In this document: piece after piece, positions 1-11,028 of the stretch
Position numbering within the stretch: the stretch's first letter is position 1
How the letters are laid out: every line of letters begins with the position of its first letter
Assembly: GCA_937625935.1 (NCBI GenBank)
Contig: OW569375.1
Coordinates: 124,001 to 188,000 of the forward strand
Reading direction: 5' to 3'
Source of the DNA: Tetramitus jugosus
Taxonomy: Eukaryota > Protista > Heterolobosea
Length of the DNA stretch: 64,000 bases
The notes under the pieces: model-generated
The model's database searches: none
Seen by the model: only the letters and a program-made list of their open reading frames with translations
Told to the model about the DNA's origin: nothing
Program-made: the position numbers and the translations under genes

Positions 1-455
1 CTATTATGGTATTGATTCTTGTTGTTGGATGATTGTAGTTTTGTGGATGGACGAGTCCATGGTGCGGTTACTGTTGTCGTTGTTGTTGTTGTTGTTGGGA
101 ATCGTTGCTGGATTCTAGGATCAGAACCGTAGTAGGGCGACAGGAATTGCTTCTTTTTTGAGCGGGAACCAGAGGAGCGCACCGGAGAATTTTTGCTCGA
201 TTTACTGCGTCGCAAGAGTTGTTTTTGAAGCTTGAGTTTTTGGATTTGTTGTTCGTTTAGGTTGATTGTTGATGCAGTGTCAATGACCAAGTGTGGTGTG
301 CTGGATACACACACATGTGCGTTCAACAATGATGAGGACGATGATTTTTTCGGTTGTTGAGAGGCACTATTACTATTGTTGTTGCTAGTGAGGGGAGTGG
401 TAGGTTTGACACCGGAGCCTTTCGTGCCCACAGAAGGAACCTTGTTGTTGTGCAT
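1..455 (-). CDS. 5' part of a low-complexity protein, runs off window edge
   Basis: ATG at 455 opens a stop-free frame to position 1 (MHNNKVPSVGTKGSG...LRRSKSSKNSP...). It is absent from the ORF track because it has no stop in the window. Confidence 0.6.
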   Translation of the reverse strand, partial: MHNNKVPSVGTKGSGVKPTTPLTSNNNSNSASQQPKKSSSSSLLNAHVCVSSTPHLVIDTASTINLNEQQIQKLKLQKQLLRRSKSSKNSPVRSSGSRSKKKQFLSPYYGSDPRIQQRFPTTTTTTTTVTAPWTRPSTKLQSSNNKNQYHN

Positions 456-712
456 GTCGCGTGTTTTGTTTGTTGTTTGTTTTGACCAAACTGAATTTTT
501 AGCTTTGGGCTGTCACTCAGTGACGAATTCTCCAACAAACAACGAACTGTGCACGAACATACGACGGTGGTAAACACCAAGATAATCTCTCAATATTTTA
601 TGAAATAAACATTTCGGTTTCTCCTATCATTCATGAAACGACGCCATTCACTCAAATTGTTTGGGCGCCAATAATTTTTTTGGTACATCCATGAAAATTC
701 TATTAATATCTA

Positions 713-785
713 GGTCGTTTAGCTCAGACGGTAGAGCGTTGGTCTAATAAGCCATTGGTCGCAGGTTCGATCCCTGCAACGACCA
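713..785 (+). tRNA. tRNA-Ile (AAT)
   Basis: GGTCGTT/AACGACC acceptor stem, D arm GCTC/GAGC, anticodon loop CT-AAT-AA, T arm GCAGG-TTCGATC-CCTGC, followed by a T-run. Confidence 0.95.
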
Positions 786-1141
786 TTCTTTTGAGTGTCT
801 ATCAAGTATTTTTAGAATAATCTCATAGTTACAACAAGCGCAGAATTTATCGGTGAAAAACATTCTGATAACAACAGCCGAACAACAACAAAATAATTTC
901 ACTTCTTGTCATTGTCCAACGTTGTCCAACCAACGAAACATTTTATATTGAGAGAATTCACAGCTCCCCTCTCTCTGTACATAGCTAACTACAACAACAA
1001 CAACTCTGGAAACAAAACTGCACAAAACATTGTTTTCTTCAATCGCCCAGTCTCACAGTATTTCCTATCTATCGTACCATCCATATATCATTGAAGATTA
1101 CCTATTTCTGAAAGTTGACAACTGAAAACAATCATTACGCC

Positions 1142-1724
1142 ATGAAGAGAACACTTGAAGACAGGTAAGTGACTAGCTGTTTGTTTCGAAAGATGGATGA
1201 TTGATTTTTTGTGTCTTGTTCGTTCAATGTGTGTGACTTTGTATGCTCATCATTGCTTGTTTTTAACTGTCGATCAACAACAACAACAACAAAAACTTGA
1301 TACAAAAAATTATCATCGTCATCATGATTTGTCAAAACAACGTCGAATTGGGAAACATGATCACAGAAACACCACCACGACCACCACGACTACAATATCA
1401 AATAGTAACAATAACAACAATAACAACAACAACAATAGTAGCAGTGAAAGAAGAAAGAGAAGAAGAACAGCTGTTGCACCATCATCATCCACAGCATCAT
1501 CATCATCATCTCATTTGCACATTAGTGAACTGTTACCATCACCTTCATTGTATGATGCAATTCAGACGTTGCGTGATGATGATTTGCCATCCAAAAATCA
1601 ATTGCTTCATTATATTGAACAAGTAGAGAATGCAATTTCAAATCTGAGTGCAAGAGTCGAAGAATACAATTTTAATCATCAAAACAACAACCACAGTGAT
1701 CATCATCATCATCATGTGATCAAC

Positions 1725-1759
<35 letters not shown>

Positions 1760-4478
1760 TAATAGGAAGGATGAATTCAACAATAGTAATGACGATCAAC
1801 TGATACGCAACAAGAACAAAATTCAACAAATTTACTTTGAAAATCGGAAAAAGTGTCAAGAGGCATACAGTCAGTTTGATTCACTGCTGCCAGACAGTAT
1901 GCTACACTCATCTGCATCACCTGCTTCTTCTTCTTATTCTTTGTACAGTAGTGATGCAACATTGTTGGAGCCATTGAAACATGTGGGCAATTACAGTGAG
2001 ATACCCATTGTCAAAAATTGCATTCAACAGTTTGATGCCATCTCTAGCGAATTGGAGCGGAATATTCTTACAGAGTGGCGGATGACACATCGGAGAAATG
2101 TACAATTAGGAAGAGAGCACCGAGAGCGGATGCAAAAGTGGAAGGATGACCACGAAAAGACAAAAAAGAGAAGAAAACGAGGAGCACAGTCAAAGGAAGA
2201 TGAAGAACGAGAAGAGTTGGAGCAATACACTTCTCTGACTGCAGTGTGTCCACCAATGCTCACTCCAAGAGAGAAGGAATTGGAGGTATTAACAAGGAAT
2301 GGATACGTTTCACCTGATACGCTGCGTAGACAGTTGGACGAACAGAGAAAGTATGAGTGTGCGTGGACAGATGAGGAACGGAAGATTTTCATGGACAAGT
2401 TTGCAGAGTTTCCCAAGAATTGCAAGAAGATTGCCACGTTCTTACCGAACAAGACCACCTATGACTGTGTCAACTATTATTATAACCATAAGCTGACACC
2501 GGATTTCATTGAATTGAAAAAGCGATTGAAGAAGAAGAGAAAGTACATGAAGAGAGTGTACGATGAGGGTCCAGGAACGAGAAATAGAGCCAATCATAGA
2601 CCACCAGAGTCGCCTGTGGTGGATGATGTGGAAACTGGCCGTCCTAGACGATCTGCTGCCACCCAGAGTAAGACGAAAGAAGAGTGGTCCGAAGTGGAGG
2701 CCAAGAAATATATTACATTGCTCAAGGAGCACGGCACCAAATTCTCTCTCATTGCCCTCGCGATGAAAACCAAGAATGCGATACAGTGTCAAAAATATTT
2801 TACAAACAACAAATCCGATCTGAGTGTTTATCTGCCCAAGCCCAAGACTGCAGAAAAACCTGCCACAACATCAAACAAGAGCAATCAACAAGCTGCACAA
2901 CAACCACAGCGCATTACTGAGGTGACAACTTCTCCATCAACTGTAGAAGTAGAATCCACTTTACTTGCACCACCTGTATCCTCCAAGGAGAGTGATGAAG
3001 ATCGAGCTCTAACAAAGACGAAGAAACAGGTGTCTATTTGGACGAATTATGAGCGAGATACCTTTTTGCAATTGTTACTCGATTTTGGTAAGGATTGGAA
3101 GAAAATTGCAGAGCAATTGCCTTCAAAGAACGAAAATCAAATCAAAAACTTTTATCAAAACTACAAGGTGAAGCTTGGAATCGCAGCACCTCCTGGCATA
3201 CGGAAGCCCAAGCGAAAAAAGAGATATATATTGATTGAACCTCCTGCAAGCTTATGTAAGCTCGCTGACATTGCACAACAAGTGAACAATATCGGAATGG
3301 ATAGTGTATATAACTTACAGTCATTGTTGTGTGATGAGCCTGCTGTTTCTTTCGAAATGCGCCATGCGAGTGCGACACCACCTCCACCTCCATCACTCTC
3401 CACCATCACTCCTGTACAAACAAAGAACACGACCGAGGATGACTCCAATTTTGTTAATTTATTGGCATTTGTTTCCGATCAAAATGTGCCAGTTACAAAT
3501 CAACAGGCTCAACCACAGCAACAAATCACACCAGATACCAACACCACCAAGAAGAAGGCCACTAATAATAACATCAAGAAGAAATCTGGACCTGGGAGTG
3601 GCCGAGGCAGGAAGCCACTGGATTATCCCAAGCCTGTTGTTAGTCAGCCACACCAGCAAACAAATAATTTCTTCCTCAATAATCAAGCCATATATGGAAT
3701 GCCTACCAGCAATGGAAACACTGGTACAATTAACAATGAGAACACAATAGCAAGTGTGAACGAAGCTGGGAAAGCAACGAGGAAAAAGACGAAGAAGAAC
3801 ACTCCTCCAAAAACTGTACCTCAGGCTGCACAATCTTGGCTCTTTCCACTCATATCCCCACGATCTGAAGTTGCTGAAGTAGGACCATTCCTCCTTCCCG
3901 CTACTCCTCCACCCGACCTTGTATCGAACGAGCACTTGACACACAACGCTCTATCACGATATTTACCAAATCCAATTGTGAATGCCATAAGTTCTTCCCC
4001 ACCGAATAACCTACCACCAATCCATGCCTTCTCCAGTGTTCTCTCTCAACTAAAACTCTCTGATGTGACCCACGGCAATCCTCCATCATCAAGTAACAAC
4101 TCAGCTACCTTCGAGAAAGACAAAGGAGAAAGGAGAAATTTGATTGATCAGTTGATACGTAATCGAGGAAATGACCGGTCAAATGTTCATGCCGGGACAC
4201 AACCAACAAGTGTGCATGAACTTGATGGAGGAAAGGTACCTGATTATGTATCCTATTATCCTCTGCCACCCCAGAACATATTTTCATCTGTTGTGAACAA
4301 TCAGCCGGCAATCTCACAACAACCCGGAACTTACTTCGGTACTCCATTGCCCTCCACAGCATCCAGCTCCGAACCACAACAGGGTTCTCAACCATTGCAC
4401 ACTTACTCTGCCTTCCATCCTGTCCTCCCATTACCTGTGGGTGATAATGCCACAAAAGCAAATGTAAGCACTAAATAA
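1142..4478 (+). CDS. N-CoR/SMRT/Snt1-like SANT-domain corepressor (intron 1165-1366)
   Basis: ATG 1142, GTAAGT donor 1165 and CAG acceptor 1366 join in frame to the long ORF. Motifs: IYFENRKK (N-CoR GPS2-binding-like region), AVCPPML..NG..WTDEERKIFMDKF..KIATFLPNKTTYDCVNYYY (DAD/SANT1), and two further SANT repeats (WSEVE.., WTNYE..). Confidence 0.85.
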
Positions 4479-4496
4479 ATAATTTATTTCCCATGA

Positions 4497-7400
4497 TCAA
4501 TAATTTAACATCGCACGAAAAATATCTTGTTCTTCGATGATTGAACCAGAATCTAGAGTTTCCACATGTGTGTCACTCTCAGCAATCTTTTCTGCTTCAT
4601 TGGTAGGTAAGAATTCTTGTTTGTCACCTGCCATTTCCTGTTGGTTCACGTCCTCATCGGTAAGAGGTGTATCAGGTATCGATTCTGTCATGGTTGATGT
4701 TTGTATTTCTGTTTCAGTCTCTCCTCCTGTTGGAATACTATCTGGTGCACTACAAGTATTTGTATTTGATATAGGTGCTGGGGTTGTACTGGGGGCTGGA
4801 TCCTCGAAAAAGTTAATGTCATTTGGTCCAGTGTCCCAAGTCCATTCGTTGTGTACAATTTCTTTTCTTGGGACAAGATCAGAGCTTGGCTTTCTCCATC
4901 GTGTCTCAGTAGCTGAATTCATGTTATCTTGATTGCTGCCACTAGCAAAGAATTCCATCTGATTATCGCTATTGGCTCCCCAATCTGATTCAATTTGGGT
5001 TTCTCTCCATTCATCTCGTATTTCTGGTGCTAGCTCATTCTGCTTCTCCATATGCTTATCCTCGGTCGTACTGAGAATTACCATGTTTGGAGCAGCTACC
5101 AAGGATATATGTTTAAGAATTTCTTGCATTTGTTTCTTCAAACTATCAATCTCAAGTGATTTCTTATCGTTTTCCTGTAGGAGCTGTTTGATTGCATCAT
5201 TCGCTTGACCTGAGTAACGAGTCTCGGATCGCTCATATCTATCTTGACTGCTTCTGCGATGATAACTACGGTGTGAATCCTCTCGCGCATGTGGACGCCA
5301 ATGATCATTATCCCTCTCTCGACTATCTCTATCCTTTCTGCGATGTTGATAGTCATCACGCACTTCATCTCGAGACTTATTTCCACGGGACGAACAATTG
5401 TCACGATCTTTGGGTCGCTCCTTCTTATTGAATCTCGCCTTTTTGTTTTCCTTTTCCCTCTTATCGCGAGAACTTTCTGGAATGTTGTGGGCCGTCAAGT
5501 ATCTATCAAGCGCTGAAAGTTCCTGTTGTGGAGGGACAGAAGAGCTTGGAACATCGTTGGTGTTTTCAGCGACAGAACTTTCTTCCCCCCTATGCTCAAC
5601 CATCGTTTCCTCCCGGAGACGAGTTACCGTTGTTCTAGATATGAAAGGAGTTTGGACATTTGTTGCATCTTGAAAGAATTCAACTCCATCAGAAGTCCCA
5701 CCCCAGCTATTTTGCCACTCAGACTCTGAAGTTGTGGGCTGTTCTGAGACCCTTGTCTCCTTATTCTGTCTATCAGTGGATAATTCGCTTCCCCAACCTC
5801 CAGATACATTCTTGTCTGATCTCCACGAAGATGAAACGCTCATGTTTTGCTCGCTCGCTGTTGAAGTATCCATTTCAGACCCCCATCTTCCTTCGGAAGC
5901 AGCTGCCGTGTAGGACGAGCGAGTTATAGTACTGGTTGAGATCGAATTTGCTTCAAAAAAGTCCATAGTTTGATTACTTGAGCCCCATGAGTCCCAAGAG
6001 TTGGCATCATTGTTCGTTGTCTTGTGTGACCGGTCAGAGGCTTTATCAGATCGACCACTGTCAGAAGTTGAGCCCCAACCACTAACCCTTTGTTCACTAA
6101 CTGAACGACTGTTGTTGACCTCTTGTGGTGTATCATTGTTGGTATTCAAATCACTTCCCCAAGAGCCCATGTCATTTGTACTGTGACTAGTTACAGTATC
6201 AGAATTAAAGAACTGCATTGCGCTATCTCCCCCTCCCCACTCATTACCTGCGTCATTTGTGGTGTGACTGACAGATTTTGATGCTGGTGATGTGTCGTCG
6301 GTGTTTCGCGAGCCCCACTCCACTCTCTTCCTAGTAGAGCTTGATGGTGTACTGCTCGATTTTAAGGCAGATTTTAGTGGAGTTGCATGGTTTGATGAAA
6401 TACCTCGGAAAGATTCACTATGGGAATTATCGGTTTGTTCGGTAAAGAATGATACTGCATTGTCGCCACCACCAAATTCATCAAACTCGGAGCCAAAGTT
6501 ATTATCATTGGATCGAATACTACTCCTTCTATCAGTTGAGGTGCTATTGGATGCTGATATAGGAGAATTGTTGTCTGATGACCTCTTTGGAATTCTAGGA
6601 AGTTTAGAAATTTTAGGAAGATCAGAGGGAATGGCTGATTCTGGCAACAGCTGCTTTGTCATATCAGAATTGTTGATGAACACTGTTTCACGAACATCCT
6701 TCCTCCTGAAACCAAACTCTGTTGGATTATCACGAATTCTCTTAGCAGGTTGAACTATTGGATCCAACGAGCTCACTTTTACTGTCCTTGTGGGTCCTAC
6801 GACCATTGCAGCAGGCATTCGTTTTTTGCCAAATTTAGCAGCAGCAGCAAAGGATACATCAGCAATGGATATTCCTGGAATCTCTACAGGCTTTTGCAAT
6901 GCAGCCTCCATTTCAACCTGAGCTAGTGCTGCATTGAAATCAAAATCTTCGTCTTCGCCAAAATATAGATAGACAGACTCTAAACTGTTGAATCTTGCTT
7001 CTTTGCCCTTATGTTTCTTACTCTTGGCAGTAGTCTTTCTCATTCTCTTTCTCGGCTTTCTCGCTGCTGCTGCTGTATCCTCATCACTGTTCTGCGCTCT
7101 CTCTTCTGGCATGAAATCGGAATCTTGATCATCATCCTTCTCTTCCTCACTGTGATGCTGCACAATGTCTTGATCATTGGAATCCAACAGTGATGACATT
7201 GTCGGAATGGAAGAAACAGGCGGGATGTTAGACAATTGATCCATTTGTGCGAACCCATCCTCTTGATCATCAATAAACGAGTCACCATCACCTCCCAAAT
7301 CATAATCTCGAGGAATAATGTTTGATGGCGTCATCATAGCAGAACTCTCATGTTGCTTCTTGCGCTTTCTTCTCACTGATCCAGATTCAGACCAAGAGAC

Positions 7401-7904
7401 CCGAGCAGGCACTGCAGTCATTCTTGGAAAATTCTTTTTTTTCGATTTTTCCGACTCTGCATCATCACTCGCTCTCGTTCGCTTTCGTGAGTTGGATGAT
7501 GTTGTTGATGATGATGATAAATGACCATTGCTATTGTTGTTGTTGTTGTTGTTGTTGGAGGATCTCCTTCTTTTCGAAGATTGAGGTTCACTGGTCATTA
7601 AATGATCGTCATCGTCATCATCAAGCACCGTTGTCACCACATTGATATCATCATCGTCATCATCGTCATCAACAATCAACGAATAGGCTGAACCACCACA
7701 GCCATTCTGCCCTCCTGATTGTTGAGAACGTGCATTGAATTGGGCAATCAATTCTACATCAATTACATTGGACTCGGGCTCCCACGTGTCATCTGCTTCG
7801 CCATACCCCTTCCATCGAATACGGTAATACGCAACACCATCAATCACCTTTTTCTCTAATAATTGCTCCACGACAAAAATGTCATCTTCTTCTACACTTG
7901 TCAT
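4497..7904 (-). CDS. Chromodomain protein with long disordered WG/GW-repeat tail
   Basis: N-terminal FVVEQLLEKK..YRIRWKGYGEADDTWEPESNV chromodomain; nine WG dipeptides in a Ser/Thr/Asp-rich tail; late coiled coil. Confidence 0.9.
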   Translation of the reverse strand: MTSVEEDDIFVVEQLLEKKVIDGVAYYRIRWKGYGEADDTWEPESNVIDVELIAQFNARSQQSGGQNGCGGSAYSLIVDDDDDDDDINVVTTVLDDDDDDHLMTSEPQSSKRRRSSNNNNNNNNSNGHLSSSSTTSSNSRKRTRASDDAESEKSKKKNFPRMTAVPARVSWSESGSVRRKRKKQHESSAMMTPSNIIPRDYDLGGDGDSFIDDQEDGFAQMDQLSNIPPVSSIPTMSSLLDSNDQDIVQHHSEEEKDDDQDSDFMPEERAQNSDEDTAAAARKPRKRMRKTTAKSKKHKGKEARFNSLESVYLYFGEDEDFDFNAALAQVEMEAALQKPVEIPGISIADVSFAAAAKFGKKRMPAAMVVGPTRTVKVSSLDPIVQPAKRIRDNPTEFGFRRKDVRETVFINNSDMTKQLLPESAIPSDLPKISKLPRIPKRSSDNNSPISASNSTSTDRRSSIRSNDNNFGSEFDEFGGGDNAVSFFTEQTDNSHSESFRGISSNHATPLKSALKSSSTPSSSTRKRVEWGSRNTDDTSPASKSVSHTTNDAGNEWGGGDSAMQFFNSDTVTSHSTNDMGSWGSDLNTNNDTPQEVNNSRSVSEQRVSGWGSTSDSGRSDKASDRSHKTTNNDANSWDSWGSSNQTMDFFEANSISTSTITRSSYTAAASEGRWGSEMDTSTASEQNMSVSSSWRSDKNVSGGWGSELSTDRQNKETRVSEQPTTSESEWQNSWGGTSDGVEFFQDATNVQTPFISRTTVTRLREETMVEHRGEESSVAENTNDVPSSSVPPQQELSALDRYLTAHNIPESSRDKREKENKKARFNKKERPKDRDNCSSRGNKSRDEVRDDYQHRRKDRDSRERDNDHWRPHAREDSHRSYHRRSSQDRYERSETRYSGQANDAIKQLLQENDKKSLEIDSLKKQMQEILKHISLVAAPNMVILSTTEDKHMEKQNELAPEIRDEWRETQIESDWGANSDNQMEFFASGSNQDNMNSATETRWRKPSSDLVPRKEIVHNEWTWDTGPNDINFFEDPAPSTTPAPISNTNTCSAPDSIPTGGETETEIQTSTMTESIPDTPLTDEDVNQQEMAGDKQEFLPTNEAEKIAESDTHVETLDSGSIIEEQDIFRAMLNY

Positions 7905-8118
7905 TCTGTTCGCTTGCTCTGTGTGATCTGTTCAATCAATATATTATCCTTTTATTATTATTGCAAAAATTGTGTATTACAGAGCAGAGATCTCTTTTGT
8001 CCACAGATTTTGTGTATTTTTTTGTATCAATCTTTTTTTTTTGAGTGATGTCGAGAATACTCCGAAACTTCAATGAGCGCCTGGAAGCGATAAAAAGATT
8101 TACAGACTCCATTTATTA

Positions 8119-9723
8119 TTATTGAAAGGACTCTTGTATGATGTTGAATCGATGTGTTTTCGACCAGGTTTCATAGTCAGAGGTTGTTTTGAATCGATTG
8201 AATGTATCTGCCATGCACAATTCAGCATGGAGCTGGGCATCGTCAAATGTGTCATCCAAACCATTTTGGTAGGATGCTGCTAGAGCAGATGCAACGTAAC
8301 TAGGTAAATTGAGAGAAAGAGGTGAAGATTCGCGAATAAAGAGCCTAAAGAGTCCAGTTCCAAACTGAATTCGATCTTCGCGCTCAGCCAACATTCGATA
8401 ATGTTCTACTTCCTCCCAAAAGATAACGTTCTCTCCACTCAACTCGTGTTGAGCAAACGTTTTGAATGTCTGCCGAATTGTTTCACCTTGAAGCATAATC
8501 ATAAGTGAACCTCTTCTCGAATACTTTCTCTTGGCTGGAATGGTCTTGAGCGCCATCTGCTTTGGATTGTATGTGTATTCATTAGTCGTCGTATTTGGAG
8601 TTGTTTTTGGTACTGCCTGAGCTGTCTTACTTGTTTCTGCTTTTGGTTTAGTTGGTGTATCATTTTGTCTTTCATATTCCTCATAAGAATCTGACCCAGA
8701 GTCGGGTGTTGAGTCTGGTAGCAGTCTCGAGAAAAATTGTGGCAAAAGTTGTTTTCTTTCTGAGGCACTGATATGTATTGTATGTCTCTTGGAAGGATCA
8801 GATAGCTTGCGAGCTGCGGGTTGTCCGGTCTCAGTCTGTGTTGTCGGTTCGTTAATGTTGCTAGTCTGTGAGTTCATACCCCCCGATTTGTTGGTCAACG
8901 ATGGCAGAGGTAGGATCGGATTAGAGGGTCTTCTTGTGGCACTAACATCAATCTTCAATGCATCAGCTCTCGTCCTTACGACACCAACACCAGTATCATG
9001 TCCTGGATTGAATCGTAATGAACTATCAGTCGGTAATAGCGAGTATCGTGGATTCTTCTTTCTTCTACCATGGAAATCTCTCTGTAAGTCTGACAACTCA
9101 TTAAAATACTCTTCAAACTCAGCACTTTCTCTCTGTCGTTGCATCGTTTGTTGATCCATTCTCTGGTGTTCTTGAACATCCATTTGAATGATATTAACAG
9201 AATTATCGGCACGCATCTGTGGCGTATTGTTTTGACCTGAACTCGGCTCAGGAAACCTTCGACTCTTGACCTGTGCTCTATGATCTTGGGCTCGTGAGGA
9301 ACGTGTGAATGCCGAAGCAGACGAGGAAGAAAGGCTCTGAGCTGCAGATTGTGCTCCCTTGCCCTGCTTTGCAATCATACTCCAATTGTTTCTCACGAGA
9401 GCCATCTTCCAATTGGAATTGAATCGAAACACAACAGAATCCGAATTGACAAACGGGGACTGATGAGTCACATGCAGAATATACTTTTTGCGCAGTAACA
9501 GGTTGCCAAACATTACACTGTGAGATTCAGATGTGATCCCCAACAAGTCTCCCAAGTGAGGCACTGCCAAACTACCATAAAAACAATCAACACCATAGTT
9601 TGCATGAACAAACAAATCATTCTTCAACTTTTGTTTCAGATCATGCATACAAGTGACAAATTCCTCCTCTTGAAAACAATGAGCGGAAGAGTCATTGAAC
9701 TGTCTCTCTATTCTTTCTTCCAT
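8119..9723 (-). CDS. RGS (regulator of G-protein signalling) domain protein
   Basis: C-terminal FKTFAQHELSGENVIFWEEVEHY..FIRESSPLSLNL..FDDAQ..DTFNRF matches the RGS pattern. Confidence 0.88.
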   Translation of the reverse strand: MEERIERQFNDSSAHCFQEEEFVTCMHDLKQKLKNDLFVHANYGVDCFYGSLAVPHLGDLLGITSESHSVMFGNLLLRKKYILHVTHQSPFVNSDSVVFRFNSNWKMALVRNNWSMIAKQGKGAQSAAQSLSSSSASAFTRSSRAQDHRAQVKSRRFPEPSSGQNNTPQMRADNSVNIIQMDVQEHQRMDQQTMQRQRESAEFEEYFNELSDLQRDFHGRRKKNPRYSLLPTDSSLRFNPGHDTGVGVVRTRADALKIDVSATRRPSNPILPLPSLTNKSGGMNSQTSNINEPTTQTETGQPAARKLSDPSKRHTIHISASERKQLLPQFFSRLLPDSTPDSGSDSYEEYERQNDTPTKPKAETSKTAQAVPKTTPNTTTNEYTYNPKQMALKTIPAKRKYSRRGSLMIMLQGETIRQTFKTFAQHELSGENVIFWEEVEHYRMLAEREDRIQFGTGLFRLFIRESSPLSLNLPSYVASALAASYQNGLDDTFDDAQLHAELCMADTFNRFKTTSDYETWSKTHRFNIIQESFQ

Positions 9724-9828
9724 TTCTGCTACTCACCAAAAAATTAGATGTCACGCACAAGGGTAATGATATCACACACAAAGAGAGAGTTCGTTCTTGT
9801 TTCTTGTGAATTTTCGTTTCTTGGTTCT

Positions 9829-9935
9829 TGTCCCTCCCCTCACAATCTGACTTGTCATCGGGGAAACCGACCATCCCTGTCCGCATAGGAACAGAACATT
9901 CAAGGAAGTGAGGGGATGTCTTGACGACTGGGACA
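9829..9935. ncRNA. Candidate structured RNA/DNA element, unassigned
   Basis: Nested stems TGTCCC/GGGACA and TCCCCTCAC/GTGAGGGGA enclose two small hairpins. Confidence 0.3.
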
Positions 9936-9975
9936 TCAGGAGTGATATTGACGATGATACTTTTATTTCTGTAGT

Positions 9976-11028
9976 TTACATGATATAATAGGTCAGGATG
10001 AGTGCGAGCAGCGTCATGGCCAAGGCAGAAGCAGCGGTAGTGAATTTGCTGGCCGAACCGACAGGCATGCTAATGACACTTCGTTTCTGTGGTCGTGAAC
10101 AAGAAGAATCACTTACAGTCTCCAGTTTTGGTGTTGGTCCTGAAGGATAGTGGGTCTCCACAAGAATGGGAATGTTATGGGCCAAGAAGTAATACTCGTA
10201 CCATTGCTCCCGCGCTCTCTTTCCATGACCACTGCAATAGTCTCTGAGAACTTTAACTTCAACCAGGTTTGGAATAGATTCGAGTGCAGTGTCGGTCGTC
10301 CGTGCTGAAGTCGCTTCTTCATTCGTCTCGTACCAATCATAGTACCGCGTGATGTTGTAGCCTGTGATCGTAGCAACAATTGTGTTCTCTGTCCGTTCTG
10401 TTTCTGTGACCTTCCTTGGTATATTTCTACCTGCTTTTCCAAACTGTTTCTTGTATTCTCGTACGACTGTAGTATGTATTATTTGTTTCGATTCACCTTG
10501 TGTGACAAAATCTGAGGTCGAACCAACCATAACTCTTCCCTTACCAACGGAATCTGATGAATCAAAGTAAGATACCTCTGGAAAATCATAGTGTTGATGT
10601 TGGGCTTGTCTTACGACTTTCCGTAAAACAAGGGAAGAAGTTAATTCATCCTCAGAAGGATCAATTAATTTGTAATGCTCAAGAATGATGATTTCGTTGT
10701 TCTGATCTGGAGGGATATGGGGACAAAATGTTGATGTCCGCTTCACATTTTCCAAGTAACTCTTCATAAGGGTTCGCTGAACGATGACTTCGTTGTTGAT
10801 GTTGTAGCCCAGTATTTGATTGTGAAACATTTGAACAAGTTTTGTGGGTCGATCATTCGACCATGGAAGAGTTGGTTGCGCTGTTGTTGTGATAAAACTA
10901 TAGAATTGAGTGGCATCCACTTCCATGCTTCTCCGAAGTTGTATCCTCGGAGGAGAAGAACCCTCCGAGAACTGAAGTATCGTTATGAGAAACAAGTAGA
11001 GGATGAATGTGATAAGAGTATAGTGCAT
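9976..11028 (-). CDS. Secreted, probably GPI-anchored surface protein of unknown function
   Basis: Signal-peptide-like start MHYTLITFILYLFLITILQFSEG; C-terminal small residues then a hydrophobic tail (SAS..ALAMTLLALILTYYIM). Confidence 0.7.
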   Translation of the reverse strand: MHYTLITFILYLFLITILQFSEGSSPPRIQLRRSMEVDATQFYSFITTTAQPTLPWSNDRPTKLVQMFHNQILGYNINNEVIVQRTLMKSYLENVKRTSTFCPHIPPDQNNEIIILEHYKLIDPSEDELTSSLVLRKVVRQAQHQHYDFPEVSYFDSSDSVGKGRVMVGSTSDFVTQGESKQIIHTTVVREYKKQFGKAGRNIPRKVTETERTENTIVATITGYNITRYYDWYETNEEATSARTTDTALESIPNLVEVKVLRDYCSGHGKRAREQWYEYYFLAHNIPILVETHYPSGPTPKLETVSDSSCSRPQKRSVISMPVGSASKFTTAASALAMTLLALILTYYIM

